Source: Bacteroidales bacterium (GTDB taxonomy: Bacteria; Bacteroidota; Bacteroidia; Bacteroidales; UBA12077). From it: a stretch of DNA of 64,000 nucleotides. The notes beneath the pieces are model-generated. The model searched no databases and was not told where the DNA came from. It worked only from the letters and a program-made list of their open reading frames with translations. Made by a program: the position numbers and the translations under genes. Shown one piece after another: positions 1-9,795 of this stretch. Every line of letters begins with the position of its first letter. Positions within the stretch are counted from its first letter, which is position 1. The stretch lies in NCBI GenBank assembly GCA_041686375.1, contig JAWLEB010000009.1, positions 12,424 to 76,423 on the forward strand. The letters run 5' to 3'.

Positions 1-60
1 CTCATCGAATCTCATTTTAATACCTTCTAGCTTATCCAGAATCATGTTTTTCTCACTCAT
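1..60 (-). CDS. prfA: peptide chain release factor 1, first 20 codons only (gene continues beyond the window edge)
   Basis: Reverse complement of 1-60 reads ATG... = MSEKNMILDKLEGIKMRFDE. This resembles the RF1 N-terminal helix (..L.KLE.I..RFEE). The ORF runs off the window. Confidence 0.4.
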   Translation of the reverse strand, partial: MSEKNMILDKLEGIKMRFDE

Positions 61-109
61 AAGTTTTCCTATTATCTGTAATGTTAATTATTGTATTTAC
101 TGATGATTA

Positions 110-1279
110 TTAATATTCAAACACTCCATAGGAGCTTTTTATTGTAAGTTTCTTTTTTTCAGAAGTATAACATCGTCCTACAATTTTTGCGTCTATATTG
201 AATGATCTGGCTATATTAATCATTTCATCTGCATATTTTGGGTTTGTATATATTTCGAAACGATGTCCCATGTTAAAAACTTTGTACATTTCTTTCCATT
301 CTGTTCCGGATTCTTGTTGGATAATTCTGAATATTTCCGGAGTGTCAAACAGATTATCTTTAACTATATGCAGATTATTAACAAAATGCAAAATTTTTGT
401 TTGAGCGCCACCTGAACAATGCACCATTCCATGGATTTGTGAACGGTGTTTTTGGAGTATTTCTTTAATTACCGGTGCGTATGTCCTTGTTGGTGATAAA
501 ACCAGTTTTCCGGCATCAATTCCAAGGCCCCTGATTTTATCGGTAAGTTTGTATGTTCCGGAGTATACCAGCTCTTTGTCCATATCGTTGTCATAACTTT
601 CAGGGTATTTTTGGGCCAGGTAATTTGCAAAAATGTCATGACGTGCGGAAGTTAGTCCGTTACTTCCTATTCCGCTGTTGTATTCATTTTCGTAAGATGC
701 TGTTCCTGAGGATGACAGCCCTATTATAACATCTTCATCCTGAATTTTACTGTTGTCTATGATATCTTTTTTTTTCAAACGTGTGGTAACGGTAGAATCA
801 ATAATTATGGTTCTGACAAGGTCTCCAACATCGGCTGTTTCGCCTCCTGTTGAATATATGTTAATACCCATCGATCGTAGTTCTTCTAAGATTTCTTCTG
901 TACCATTGATAATTTCAGAGATAATATCCCCTGGTATTTTATTTTTATTTCTTCCAATGGTTGATGAAATAAGGATGTTGTTGTATGCACCCACACAAAG
1001 CAGGTCGTCCAGATTCATGACTATAGCATCCTGGGCAATCCCTTTCCAAACGTTCATGTCACCGGTTTCTTTCCAGTAGACATAAGCGAGAGAGGATTTT
1101 GTTCCTGCACCATCGGCATGCATTATATTGCAATATTTTTTCTTTCCTGTGAGGTAATCAGGGACAATTTTGCAAAATGCATTTGGGAACAATCCCTTAT
1201 CAATGTTTTTGATTGAATTGTGTACTTCTTCCTTTGAGGAGGAGACTCCTCTCTTATTGTATCTGGATTTATTCGGCAT
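110..1279 (-). CDS. purM: phosphoribosylformylglycinamidine cyclo-ligase (AIR synthase), long Bacteroidota-type
   Basis: 389 aa. PurM-like motifs MHADGAGTK and MNLDDLLCVGA. C-terminal AIR synthase-like domain. Confidence 0.7.
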   Translation of the reverse strand: MPNKSRYNKRGVSSSKEEVHNSIKNIDKGLFPNAFCKIVPDYLTGKKKYCNIMHADGAGTKSSLAYVYWKETGDMNVWKGIAQDAIVMNLDDLLCVGAYNNILISSTIGRNKNKIPGDIISEIINGTEEILEELRSMGINIYSTGGETADVGDLVRTIIIDSTVTTRLKKKDIIDNSKIQDEDVIIGLSSSGTASYENEYNSGIGSNGLTSARHDIFANYLAQKYPESYDNDMDKELVYSGTYKLTDKIRGLGIDAGKLVLSPTRTYAPVIKEILQKHRSQIHGMVHCSGGAQTKILHFVNNLHIVKDNLFDTPEIFRIIQQESGTEWKEMYKVFNMGHRFEIYTNPKYADEMINIARSFNIDAKIVGRCYTSEKKKLTIKSSYGVFEY

Positions 1280-1339
1280 AATTTTATTTTTGCTGGTTAC
1301 AAAATTAAGAATTCGTAGTTCATAACCATCTATAATCAG

Positions 1340-1372
1340 AAAAAAAAGGAAGACCGACGGAACGGTCTTCCT
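1340..1372 (-). terminator. rho-independent terminator after the OmpA-family gene
   Basis: AGGAAGACCG (1347-1356) pairs with CGGTCTTCCT (1363-1372) around a 6-nt loop. On the minus strand an 8-T run follows (plus-strand A run 1340-1347). Confidence 0.75.
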
Positions 1373-1376
1373 TTGG

Positions 1377-3347
1377 TTACTCTGGAGAGTAGTCCGTTGA
1401 TATTACTTTAAATTCTGTTCTTCTGTTTATCTGATGTGCAGCTTCTTTTTGCTCTTCAGTTTTGAGGTCTTCTATGAATTCTTCAGTTAAAACATCTCCT
1501 TCCTCAAGAAAATCGTACTCTAGTGCGAGTTTGTTATCTATTTCTTTTGGTCTTGTAGCTGCATAACCTTTTGCACGAAGTCTTTCAGCATCAATTCCAT
1601 TTTCTATAAGATAATTTACAACTGATTCCGCGCGTTTAGTAGATAATTCAACATTAGCCCAATGTTCACCCCGATGGTCGGTATGAGATCTAAGCTCTAT
1701 AATTACCCTTGGATTATCATTTAATGTTTCCACAAGCTTATTGAGCGCTTCTTTTGATTCATCCCTCAGTTCCCATTTAGCAAAATCGTAGAATATGTTA
1801 GGTAATTCGATAGGTTCTTCAATTGATGATAATAAAATTTCAGTTTCAAAGACTTTGCTTTCTTCTAAACCCTTGGTTGATGCATTGTCTTTATTTGTTA
1901 AATATTTTTCTTTTGAAGCAACAAAAACATAGTCAGTTTCCGGCCGTAACATAAATTTAAATTTGCCCTCTTCATCAGTTTCTGCGCTCATTGTCATACC
2001 ATCGCTACCTACCATTTTAATACTGGCATTTTCAATTGCTTCTTCTGATTTTTCGTCTTTTACGGTACCTTCAATACTGAATTTAAGGGGAGGCAATACA
2101 AAAGAAAATATTTTATCATTTCTGTCACGGCTTGAACTGAAAAAGCCTTTCTCTTTTTCTGCCTGAAATATAATTCCAAAATCATCCTGGGTTGAATTTA
2201 TAGGGTGACGCATGTTTTCTATTTCCCATTCTCCGTCTTTTTGCGTGGCTTTGAATATGTCTAATCCGCCCATTCCGGGGTGATAGTCAGATGAAAAATA
2301 AAGGGTTCCATCAGGATGTATGAAAGGAAATATTTCATCTCCCGGGGTATTTATGGTACCACCCATATTTTGAGGTACTCCCCATTCCCCGTTTTCATTT
2401 TTTGTTACTTTCCAGATATCCATTTTTCCATGTCCCCCAGGCATATCAGAGACAAAATATAATGTATTCCCGTCTTCTGTAATTGAAGGGTGAGCAAATA
2501 CCAGGCTGTCATGGCCTAATTCAAGCGAATTTGGTTTTTTCCAGTCTCCTCCATTATCTTTTTCTGAAATATAAATATTACAGCCCATTGATTCTTTTTT
2601 GTCTACCTCACATCTTGTGAAATACATTGAAGAATAGCCCTTTGTCAGAGATGGTGCTCCTTCTTCTACCTCTGTATTTACCTGTCCGGAGATAGGTTCT
2701 GGTCGGCTCCATTCTCCGGACATATCCCGTTGGGAATAAAAAATATCGGAGAAGTATTCTCCTGTTCCACCATGCTTTTCTTCGCCTGTGCATTCTTCTC
2801 TTGTTGATGTAAAATATATTTCATCGTATTCTTCTTTTGAATAAGCAGGGCTGTAATCTCTGTTGGTGGAGTTAAGAAACTTCATTTCTGTAACCTGGTA
2901 GCCGCTTGGATTTTCTATCCATTTTTGAGCCAGTTCACAAGATTTTATGCCATCCTCTCCCCGAGGGTCATCTGGTTCAAGCTTTGCGTACTCTTTATAA
3001 TTTTCAATGGCTTCGTCAAATTTTTCGTTGGCTTTCAAGGCTTCGGCATGATAAAGATAAATTTTCGGATTATCATATTCTTTACGTATAGCATTGTTGT
3101 ACCAAAGTTCAGCTTTATTATATTGGCCGGTAATACGGTAACATTCAGCAATTTTAAACACTATCTCATCTCTTATGTCACTATCACGAACCTTGTCATA
3201 TGCTTCACGGTATAAATCAACAGCTTTATAATACTGATTTGCGTTATAAACCTCTTCAGCATCATAAAAAAACTTTTTCTGTCCATACGAGAGAGAAGTT
3301 GCCAAAACTAAAAGGATACTTATCAATAGAAATTTTTCTTTCTTCAT
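1377..3347 (-). CDS. TPR / PD40 (TolB-like beta-propeller) / OmpA-domain outer membrane protein
   Basis: Signal peptide, N-terminal TPR-like helices, repeated DG..LYF.S....G..DI(W/F)K motifs, and a C-terminal OmpA domain (..ELRSHTDHRG...NRRTEFKV). Confidence 0.8.
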   Translation of the reverse strand: MKKEKFLLISILLVLATSLSYGQKKFFYDAEEVYNANQYYKAVDLYREAYDKVRDSDIRDEIVFKIAECYRITGQYNKAELWYNNAIRKEYDNPKIYLYHAEALKANEKFDEAIENYKEYAKLEPDDPRGEDGIKSCELAQKWIENPSGYQVTEMKFLNSTNRDYSPAYSKEEYDEIYFTSTREECTGEEKHGGTGEYFSDIFYSQRDMSGEWSRPEPISGQVNTEVEEGAPSLTKGYSSMYFTRCEVDKKESMGCNIYISEKDNGGDWKKPNSLELGHDSLVFAHPSITEDGNTLYFVSDMPGGHGKMDIWKVTKNENGEWGVPQNMGGTINTPGDEIFPFIHPDGTLYFSSDYHPGMGGLDIFKATQKDGEWEIENMRHPINSTQDDFGIIFQAEKEKGFFSSSRDRNDKIFSFVLPPLKFSIEGTVKDEKSEEAIENASIKMVGSDGMTMSAETDEEGKFKFMLRPETDYVFVASKEKYLTNKDNASTKGLEESKVFETEILLSSIEEPIELPNIFYDFAKWELRDESKEALNKLVETLNDNPRVIIELRSHTDHRGEHWANVELSTKRAESVVNYLIENGIDAERLRAKGYAATRPKEIDNKLALEYDFLEEGDVLTEEFIEDLKTEEQKEAAHQINRRTEFKVISTDYSPE

Positions 3348-3385
3348 TACCGGCTATATTTTTAATCTAAAAACAATTAAAGAAT

Positions 3386-3431
3386 AATTAGTTTGACTGT
3401 TGTGCATGATGAGGGTAATGTCAAACTAATT
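3386..3431 (-). terminator. long hairpin downstream of glnN (possible terminator)
   Basis: AATTAGTTTGAC (3386-3397) and GTCAAACTAATT (3420-3431) form a perfect 12-bp inverted repeat with a 22-nt loop. The T tract on the minus strand is weak. Confidence 0.3.
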
Positions 3432-3508
3432 AAACATCTGTAAATGTAAATAAATTTAGTTAAAATTAAAAAACAGCTTTATAAAAGAAAGTTTTATGTT
3501 CCTTTAAA

Positions 3509-5731
3509 TCAGCGTGTAAACAGTATTTCTCTATATTTTGGGAACGGCCAAATCTCATCGTCTATTATCATTTCCAGTTTGTCCACATGGTAGCGTATTT
3601 CTTCAAAATATGAGCAAATTTTCTCATTATATGCCTGTGCTTTTATTTTGGTGTCTGAGATTTGGTTTGCTTTTTTTCTCTCATTAATCATGTTGACCAC
3701 ATTTTCGCGGATATTAGCAATATGAGTTGCTATTCTTTCTACGGTGTTCATTTGATGGCTGGTCATTTTTTTGAATTCATTGTCAGGGTATATCTCTTTA
3801 ATTTTCTGGATATTTTCTAAAAGTATGTTTTGATATTTTATGGCTGTTGGAATGATGTGATTCATTGATAGATCGCCTAATACCCTTGCTTCAATTTGGT
3901 TTTTCTTGACATACTGTTCCAGTCTGATATCTTTCCTGGCTTTTAGTTCTTTTGCATTTAATATATTATTTTCAGAAAAAAGTTCAACAGTTTTTGGACT
4001 AATCAGCGTTTCATTCGCTTCAGGTATGGAAGAAATATTGCTCAGTCCTCTTTTTTTTGCCTCTTTTACCCACTCTTCTCCATAGCCATCTCCTTCAAAC
4101 CGGATGTTTTTTGATTCTTCAATATATAATTTCAGAATTCTGAATATGGCTTCGTCTTTTTTTAAGTTTTCTTCACTAATTAGATTTTCTACATCATGTT
4201 TGAAATTATTAAGCTGGTTAGCCACTACTGTGTTTATCGTGGTTATAGGGGATGCGACATTTGCCGATGAGCCTACAGCTCTGAATTCGAATCGATTGCC
4301 CGTAAAAGCAAACGGAGAGGTTCTGTTTCTGTCTGTATTATCCAGTAGTATTTCAGGGATTTTCCCAATATTAAGTTTTAATTCTCCTTTTTCCTCCGGG
4401 GTCATTTTGGTATTGTCTACCCTTTTTTCAAGCTCGTCAAGCATCTGAGTTAATCTGTTTCCTATAAATACTGACATAATAGCAGGAGGAGCTTCATTGG
4501 CTCCAAGCCTGTGCTCATTGCCTGTAACAGCGATGCTTGCTCTCAGAAGGTCTGCGTGTTCCCATACTGCTTTAATAATGTTAACCAGAAAAGTGAGAAA
4601 CTGGAAGTTTTGTTTTGGGTTTTTTCCCGGTGCAAGCAGATTTTTTCCGTTATTTGTAGCCAGCGACCAGTTACAGTGTTTTCCTGAACCGTTAATACTC
4701 CGAAAGGGTTTTTCGTGAAACAGCACCCGGAAATTATGTTTTTTAGCAATTTTCTCCATTAATGTCATTAACATTTGATTGTGGTCAGTTGACAGATTCG
4801 CTTCTTCGTAACGGGGGGCGCATTCAAATTGATTTGGAGCAACTTCATTGTGCCTTGTTTTAATAGGAATCCCCAATCGATAAGCTTCTATTTCAAAATC
4901 ATGCATAAAATTTTTCACTCTGTCCGTTAAAGAACCGAAATAGTGATCGCTGAGCTGTTGGTCTTTCGCTGATGCATGTCCCAGAAGTGTTCTGCCTGTC
5001 AGGTACAGGTCAGACCTTGCGTTAAAAAACGCATCGTCAACTAAGAAGTATTCTTGTTCCCAGCCAAGATTTACACTTACTTTTTCTGTATTTTTATCAA
5101 AAAACTTGCATACTTCTGTGGCTGATTTGTCTATGAAGTTCAGAGATTTAAGCAAGGGAGTTTTGTAGTCCAGCGCTTCGCCATTATAGGATACGAAAAT
5201 TGTTGGAATACATAGAGTTTTGCCATAGACAAATGCAGGGGAAGTAGGGTCCCAGGCCGTATATCCACGTGCTTCAAAAGTATTTCTTAATCCTCCGCTA
5301 GGAAAGCTGGAAGCATCTGATTCTTGTTGTACCAGTAAGCTTCCGTGGAAACTTTCAATTGCTCCACCATTTTCAGCGGGTTCAAAAAAAGCATCGTGTT
5401 TTTCTGCGGTAGCTCCGGAAAGTGGGTGGAACCAATGGGTATAGTGGGTTGCTCCCCGTTCAATAGCCCATGCTTTCATTCCTGATGCAACCTGGTTGGC
5501 ATATTGTCTGTCAATTTTTACCCCTTTTTCTATTGCACTCTGAACATTTTCATATGCCTCCCTGGATAAGTATTCCTGCATTTGCTCAGGGTTAAACACA
5601 TTTTCTCCAAAATACCGGGATGTCTTTACTGAAGGGATTTCTACAGGGACAGCTTTTCTTTTTAAGACTTCTTCAATTGCTTTAAATCTAATTGTTGACA
5701 TAGGGGTAAATAGTTTGTGGTTTGTATGCAA
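3509..5731 (-). CDS. glnN: glutamine synthetase type III
   Basis: About 730 aa, the GSIII length class. GS catalytic-domain motifs are present (..NGSGKHCNWS.., ..NEVAPNQFE..). The true start is probably the internal MSTIRF at about 5701. Confidence 0.85.
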   Translation of the reverse strand: MHTNHKLFTPMSTIRFKAIEEVLKRKAVPVEIPSVKTSRYFGENVFNPEQMQEYLSREAYENVQSAIEKGVKIDRQYANQVASGMKAWAIERGATHYTHWFHPLSGATAEKHDAFFEPAENGGAIESFHGSLLVQQESDASSFPSGGLRNTFEARGYTAWDPTSPAFVYGKTLCIPTIFVSYNGEALDYKTPLLKSLNFIDKSATEVCKFFDKNTEKVSVNLGWEQEYFLVDDAFFNARSDLYLTGRTLLGHASAKDQQLSDHYFGSLTDRVKNFMHDFEIEAYRLGIPIKTRHNEVAPNQFECAPRYEEANLSTDHNQMLMTLMEKIAKKHNFRVLFHEKPFRSINGSGKHCNWSLATNNGKNLLAPGKNPKQNFQFLTFLVNIIKAVWEHADLLRASIAVTGNEHRLGANEAPPAIMSVFIGNRLTQMLDELEKRVDNTKMTPEEKGELKLNIGKIPEILLDNTDRNRTSPFAFTGNRFEFRAVGSSANVASPITTINTVVANQLNNFKHDVENLISEENLKKDEAIFRILKLYIEESKNIRFEGDGYGEEWVKEAKKRGLSNISSIPEANETLISPKTVELFSENNILNAKELKARKDIRLEQYVKKNQIEARVLGDLSMNHIIPTAIKYQNILLENIQKIKEIYPDNEFKKMTSHQMNTVERIATHIANIRENVVNMINERKKANQISDTKIKAQAYNEKICSYFEEIRYHVDKLEMIIDDEIWPFPKYREILFTR

Positions 5732-5830
5732 AAATAATCATTTTATTTTAATACCCCTATAAAATATTAGGGTAGTAAGATAGAAAATTATAAAAAAATA
5801 ATTGCTTGTTATTATAAATTAGGGGTATAA

Positions 5831-5862
5831 ATAAAAAAACCTGCTTTTTTCAGGCAGGTTTT
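5831..5862 (-). terminator. rho-independent terminator after the M20 peptidase gene
   Basis: AAACCTGC (5837-5844) pairs with GCAGGTTT (5854-5861). U-rich tracts flank it on both strands. Confidence 0.6.
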
Positions 5863-5897
5863 AATTTTTTTGATTGCAAAATTTCTTTTGCGGTAAC

Positions 5898-7268
5898 TTA
5901 TTTTTCTATTTCGGCATATTTTTCATAGAAATGAGCAATGGTTTCAATTCCTTTATAAAATTGTTCAAGAGGATAATTCTCATTAGGTGAATGGATTACG
6001 TCTGAATCCAGTCCGAAACCAATTAATATAGATTTAATGCCCAATACATTGTCGAGTTGTGAAATAATAGGTATACTACCACCACTGCGGTAAGGAATGG
6101 GTTTTTTGCCGAATGCTTTTTCCATTGCTTGACTTGCTGCTTCATATGCGGGCAGGTCTATCGGGCATACATACCCTTGTCCGCCATGAAGTGCTTTAAC
6201 ATTTACTTTTACTGATTTCGGGGCAATGGATTTAAAATAATCTTCAAACAGTTTGCTTATTTTTTTCCAGTCTTGGTTAGGTACAAGCCTCATTGATATT
6301 TTCGCACCTGCAGTTGAAGGTAGTACGGTTTTTGCGCCTTCTCCCTGGTAGCCACTCCACATTCCGTTCACGTCAAGTGTAGGGCGAATACCTGTTCTTT
6401 CAAGTGTGGTGTATCCTTTTTCGCCCTGAACTTCTTCAATATCTAAAGCTTTTTTATATTCTTCTAAATCAAAAGGTGCTTTGTTCATTTCTTTCCTTTC
6501 TTCCTTTGAAGCTTCCAGCACGTCATCATAGAAGCCAGGGATGGTTATCTTGTTGTTTTCGTCGGTTAATTGACCAATCATTTTGGCCAGTACATTCGCC
6601 GGATTTGCCACTGCTCCTCCAAATAAGCCAGAGTGCAGATCTTTGTTAGGGCCTGTAACTTCAACCTCCATGTATGCCAATCCTCTGAGTCCTGTTGTAA
6701 TAGATGGCGCATCTTTCCCCAGCATACTTGTGTCAGATACTAAGATTGTATCTGCCTGAAGCATGTCTTTATGCTCTTCGCAGAATTTGGTCAGATTAGG
6801 AGATCCAATTTCTTCTTCACCTTCAATTATGAATTTAACATTACAATTCAATTTGCCTGTACTTGTAAGATATTCAAAGGCTTTGAGATGCATGAATGAT
6901 TGTCCTTTATCATCATCAGCACCACGCGCAAATATTTTACCATCTCTTATTTCTGGTTCAAACGGCTGAGATTTCCATTTTTCAATCGGGTCTACCGGCA
7001 TAACATCATAATGCCCGTAAACCAAGACAGTAGGCTTATCCTTGTCAATAATTTTTTCTCCATAAACAACCGGATTGCCATCTGTTGGCATAACTTCTGC
7101 CTGATCGGCTCCTGCTTCAAGAATTTTTTTCTTTAGCTCTTCAGCAGCTTTTATCATATCCTCTTTATGCTCTTTTTCTGAGCTTATAGAAGGAATTCGA
7201 ATCAATTCAAAAAGCTCGTCTAAAAATCGCTGCTTGTTTTTTTCAATATACGTTTTAATGTTTTCCAT
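5898..7268 (-). CDS. M20 family dipeptidase (ArgE/DapE/CPG2-like)
   Basis: 456 aa. M20 metal-site motifs GHYDVMP, GADDDKG and EGEEEIGS. Confidence 0.8.
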   Translation of the reverse strand: MENIKTYIEKNKQRFLDELFELIRIPSISSEKEHKEDMIKAAEELKKKILEAGADQAEVMPTDGNPVVYGEKIIDKDKPTVLVYGHYDVMPVDPIEKWKSQPFEPEIRDGKIFARGADDDKGQSFMHLKAFEYLTSTGKLNCNVKFIIEGEEEIGSPNLTKFCEEHKDMLQADTILVSDTSMLGKDAPSITTGLRGLAYMEVEVTGPNKDLHSGLFGGAVANPANVLAKMIGQLTDENNKITIPGFYDDVLEASKEERKEMNKAPFDLEEYKKALDIEEVQGEKGYTTLERTGIRPTLDVNGMWSGYQGEGAKTVLPSTAGAKISMRLVPNQDWKKISKLFEDYFKSIAPKSVKVNVKALHGGQGYVCPIDLPAYEAASQAMEKAFGKKPIPYRSGGSIPIISQLDNVLGIKSILIGFGLDSDVIHSPNENYPLEQFYKGIETIAHFYEKYAEIEK

Positions 7269-7463
7269 ATGAATTTTATTTTTATTGTTATTAACATTGC
7301 CCGAAGATAAGAAATCTTTATTATTTTGAATAATTTTAAATTAAATTTGAATAAGCTAATAAATGGATGATTTCATGTCATAATGTCTGCTTGATTATAC
7401 GCAATGCCTTAAAATACCCGAAGAAACGGTTTAGGAAGAATCCCAATGTTCATTTTTGCGAGC

Positions 7464-7498
7464 TTTGAAGTTTTTATGTTATTTTTTTTCTATTTTTG
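7464..7498 (+). promoter_or_regulatory. candidate Bacteroidota-type promoter for the trp leader and trpB
   Basis: TTTG at 7464-7467 and TATTTTTG (TAnnTTTG) at 7491-7498. The 23-nt spacing is slightly long. It lies 21 nt upstream of the leader ATG. Confidence 0.3.
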
Positions 7499-7518
7499 TA
7501 TTATTAAAATAGAAAGTA

Positions 7519-7587
7519 ATGCAATATTTAGGTTTTTATAGAATTTGGTGGTGGCAACAGCTGGATAGGTTAAAGCAAAGCATTTAA
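7519..7587 (+). CDS. 22-codon Trp-rich leader peptide (MQYLGFYRIWWWQQLDRLKQSI)
   Basis: ATG at 7519, three consecutive TGG codons at 7546-7554, TAA at 7585. An intrinsic terminator follows, upstream of trpB. Confidence 0.7.
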   Translation: MQYLGFYRIWWWQQLDRLKQSI

Positions 7588-7616
7588 TCCGGGGATAGTT
7601 GTTTCTAAGATATATG

Positions 7617-7649
7617 AGCCGCGGGTTAATGCTTGCGGCTTTTTTATTG
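7617..7649 (+). terminator. attenuator terminator of the trp leader, with a competing antiterminator
   Basis: AGCCGCGGG (7617-7625) pairs with CTTGCGGCT (7632-7640), then TTTTTTATT. The alternative pairing is GCAAAGCATT (7575-7584, last leader codons) with AATGCTTGC (7628-7636), 9 bp with one bulge. The two structures are mutually exclusive. Confidence 0.7.
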
Positions 7650-7795
7650 AACAAGTCTTACATTATGTATAAGCAGAAAAGACAAAGATGGTGGCGAAAT
7701 ATGATCTTTCTCTGGCGCACTTTGCGCCAATAGAATAATTGAGTATTGTTAGTATTTGCGTTTACAAAATGTTTAATCTATTTAAATTCAGAACA

Positions 7796-9016
7796 ATGGG
7801 AACAAATAATATAAAAATTACAGATAAGCACAATGAAAAACAAATTAGCTACAAACAATCAGATTATAAGCCAGGTTATTTTGGAAATTATGGAGGTATG
7901 TATGTTCCGGAAGTATTGAGTGAAAAGCTTGAGCATCTTGCGGCTGTATTTGAGAAACTGAAAACAAACAGGAATTTTCTTGATGAACTGGTTTATTATC
8001 AAAAAAATTATATAGGCCGACCTTCGTCCCTTTACTATGCTGCAACTTTATCAAAGCACATTGGCTCTGGTATTTATTTAAAGCGTGAAGATTTAAATCA
8101 CACGGGATCCCACAAGATAAATAATACGATTGGTCAGATTCTTATAGCTAAATATATGGGTGCGAATGAGATAATAGCAGAGACAGGCGCAGGGCAGCAT
8201 GGAGTAGCCACAGCAACTGCAGCCGCTTTAATGGGAATCAGGTGCAAAATTTTTATGGGACAAAAAGATGCTGAGAGACAATCGATGAATGTTTATAGAA
8301 TGAAAATTTTAGGTGCAGAAGTTATTACTACAGAAACCGGAACGGCTACATTGAAGGATGCAATCAATGTTGCATTGGAATACTATGTAAAGAATCCTGA
8401 TGCCTTTTATCTTCTGGGTTCGGCAGTCGGTCCGAGGCCATATCCGGAGATTGTCCGATTTTTTCAGAATGTGATAGGCAAAGAAGCAAGAGAGCAAATT
8501 CTTGAACGTGAAAAACGCTTGCCGGATGCAATTTTTGCTTGTATTGGCGGAGGGTCAAATGCCATTGGTTTGTTTTCAGAATTTTTAGAAAATCCTGAAG
8601 TAAATATATATGCTGCTGAAGGTGGAGGAGAAGGTGAATTATTAAATAAAACCGCCTCTACACTTGTGATGGGAAAACCCACTATATTTCAGGGCACATA
8701 TTCTTACTGCCTTGTTGATGAAAAAGAAAACCCAATAGATAGCTATTCAATAGCTGCGGGCCTGGATTATCCAGGTGTTGGGCCAGAGCATGCATATCTA
8801 AAAGATACAGGGAGAGCGGAATATTTTTGTGTGACTGATAAAGAAGCTATTGAAGCTTTCGGACTTTTGTCAAAAATGGAAGGAATTATACCGGCTCTTG
8901 AGTCTTCTCATGCTGTTGCTCTTGCTGCTAAAGTCATGAAAAATGCAACAGATAAAATAAGTATCATTAATCTTTCAGGTAGAGGAGATAAGGATATAGA
9001 TCGTAAATTGTTATAA
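7796..9016 (+). CDS. trpB: tryptophan synthase beta chain, stand-alone (no trpA in this window)
   Basis: Motifs GYFGNYGGMYVPE, PLP-lysine motif HTGSHKINN, GGGSNAIG, LSGRGDKD. The ORF is open from 7739 (TTG). I prefer ATG 7796 (MGTNN..). Confidence 0.85.
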   Translation: MGTNNIKITDKHNEKQISYKQSDYKPGYFGNYGGMYVPEVLSEKLEHLAAVFEKLKTNRNFLDELVYYQKNYIGRPSSLYYAATLSKHIGSGIYLKREDLNHTGSHKINNTIGQILIAKYMGANEIIAETGAGQHGVATATAAALMGIRCKIFMGQKDAERQSMNVYRMKILGAEVITTETGTATLKDAINVALEYYVKNPDAFYLLGSAVGPRPYPEIVRFFQNVIGKEAREQILEREKRLPDAIFACIGGGSNAIGLFSEFLENPEVNIYAAEGGGEGELLNKTASTLVMGKPTIFQGTYSYCLVDEKENPIDSYSIAAGLDYPGVGPEHAYLKDTGRAEYFCVTDKEAIEAFGLLSKMEGIIPALESSHAVALAAKVMKNATDKISIINLSGRGDKDIDRKLL

Positions 9017-9050
9017 ACTTAATAACCCTGTTGTGGTTAATTGTATAAAC

Positions 9051-9082
9051 GGCCGGTTTTATGTTATAGAACCGGCCTTTTT
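9051..9082 (+). terminator. rho-independent terminator after trpB
   Basis: GGCCGGTT (9051-9058) pairs with AACCGGCC (9070-9077), then TTTTT. Confidence 0.75.
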
Positions 9083-9126
9083 ATTCCTGAATTTTTCACT
9101 AATTTTGCTTCGAAAAAATTGATGAT

Positions 9127-9759
9127 TTGAAAAATATAGAAGACAAAGATATAGTAAGAGGTAAAAAACTTCCCCTTGTTGAGCAGTTTTATTCTATACA
9201 GGGAGAAGGGTATCATGTTGGGAAACCTGCCTATTTTATCCGTATTGGAGGTTGTGACATAGGGTGTTACTGGTGTGATTCTAAATTAACATGGAATCCT
9301 GAGTTCCACCTTTTGGTAGATATTGAAGAGATTGTTCTGAAAGTGAACCAAACTCCTGCTAAATCTATTGTAGTAACAGGTGGAGAACCTTCTTTATATA
9401 ATCTTGAACCCTTATGCACTGCTTTGAAAAAAAACAATGTTGAAACTTTTTTGGAAACCGCAGGGACCAACGAACTTACAGGCAAGTGGGACTGGATTTG
9501 TCTGTCCCCGAAAAAACAAAATCCCCCGCTATCCGTTTTCTATAACAAAGCTGATGAATTAAAGGTGATTATATATGAGGAAGAAGATCTTTTATGGGCA
9601 GAAGAAGCAGCTAAAAATGTGAATGGAAAATGCCTGTTGTATTTGCAACCTGAATGGAGCAGGTATAAGAGGATAATTTCCTATATTGTGGATTATGTAA
9701 AAAAATATCCCCAATGGAACGTATCCTTACAAGCGCATAAATTTATGCGTATACCTTAA
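9127..9759 (+). CDS. queE: 7-carboxy-7-deazaguanine synthase (radical SAM)
   Basis: 210 aa. QueE-type N-terminus FYSIQGEGYHVGKPAYFIRIGGCDIGCYWCDSK. TTG start. Confidence 0.8.
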   Translation: MKNIEDKDIVRGKKLPLVEQFYSIQGEGYHVGKPAYFIRIGGCDIGCYWCDSKLTWNPEFHLLVDIEEIVLKVNQTPAKSIVVTGGEPSLYNLEPLCTALKKNNVETFLETAGTNELTGKWDWICLSPKKQNPPLSVFYNKADELKVIIYEEEDLLWAEEAAKNVNGKCLLYLQPEWSRYKRIISYIVDYVKKYPQWNVSLQAHKFMRIP

Positions 9760-9795
9760 TAGTAATGTGCATATAGATTAATTTGAACAAATACT

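Noticed and set aside
198-1079. Plus-strand ORFs 198..404 and 753..1079 from the track. Many similar 60-150-aa antisense ORFs occur elsewhere, for example 12739..13131, 20701..21150, 30428..30805, 40169..40579, 44654..44956 and 52809..53138.
   Set aside because: Each lies entirely inside a longer ORF on the opposite strand that has clear family motifs. Their translations are low-complexity or hydrophobic nonsense typical of antisense frames in AT-rich DNA.
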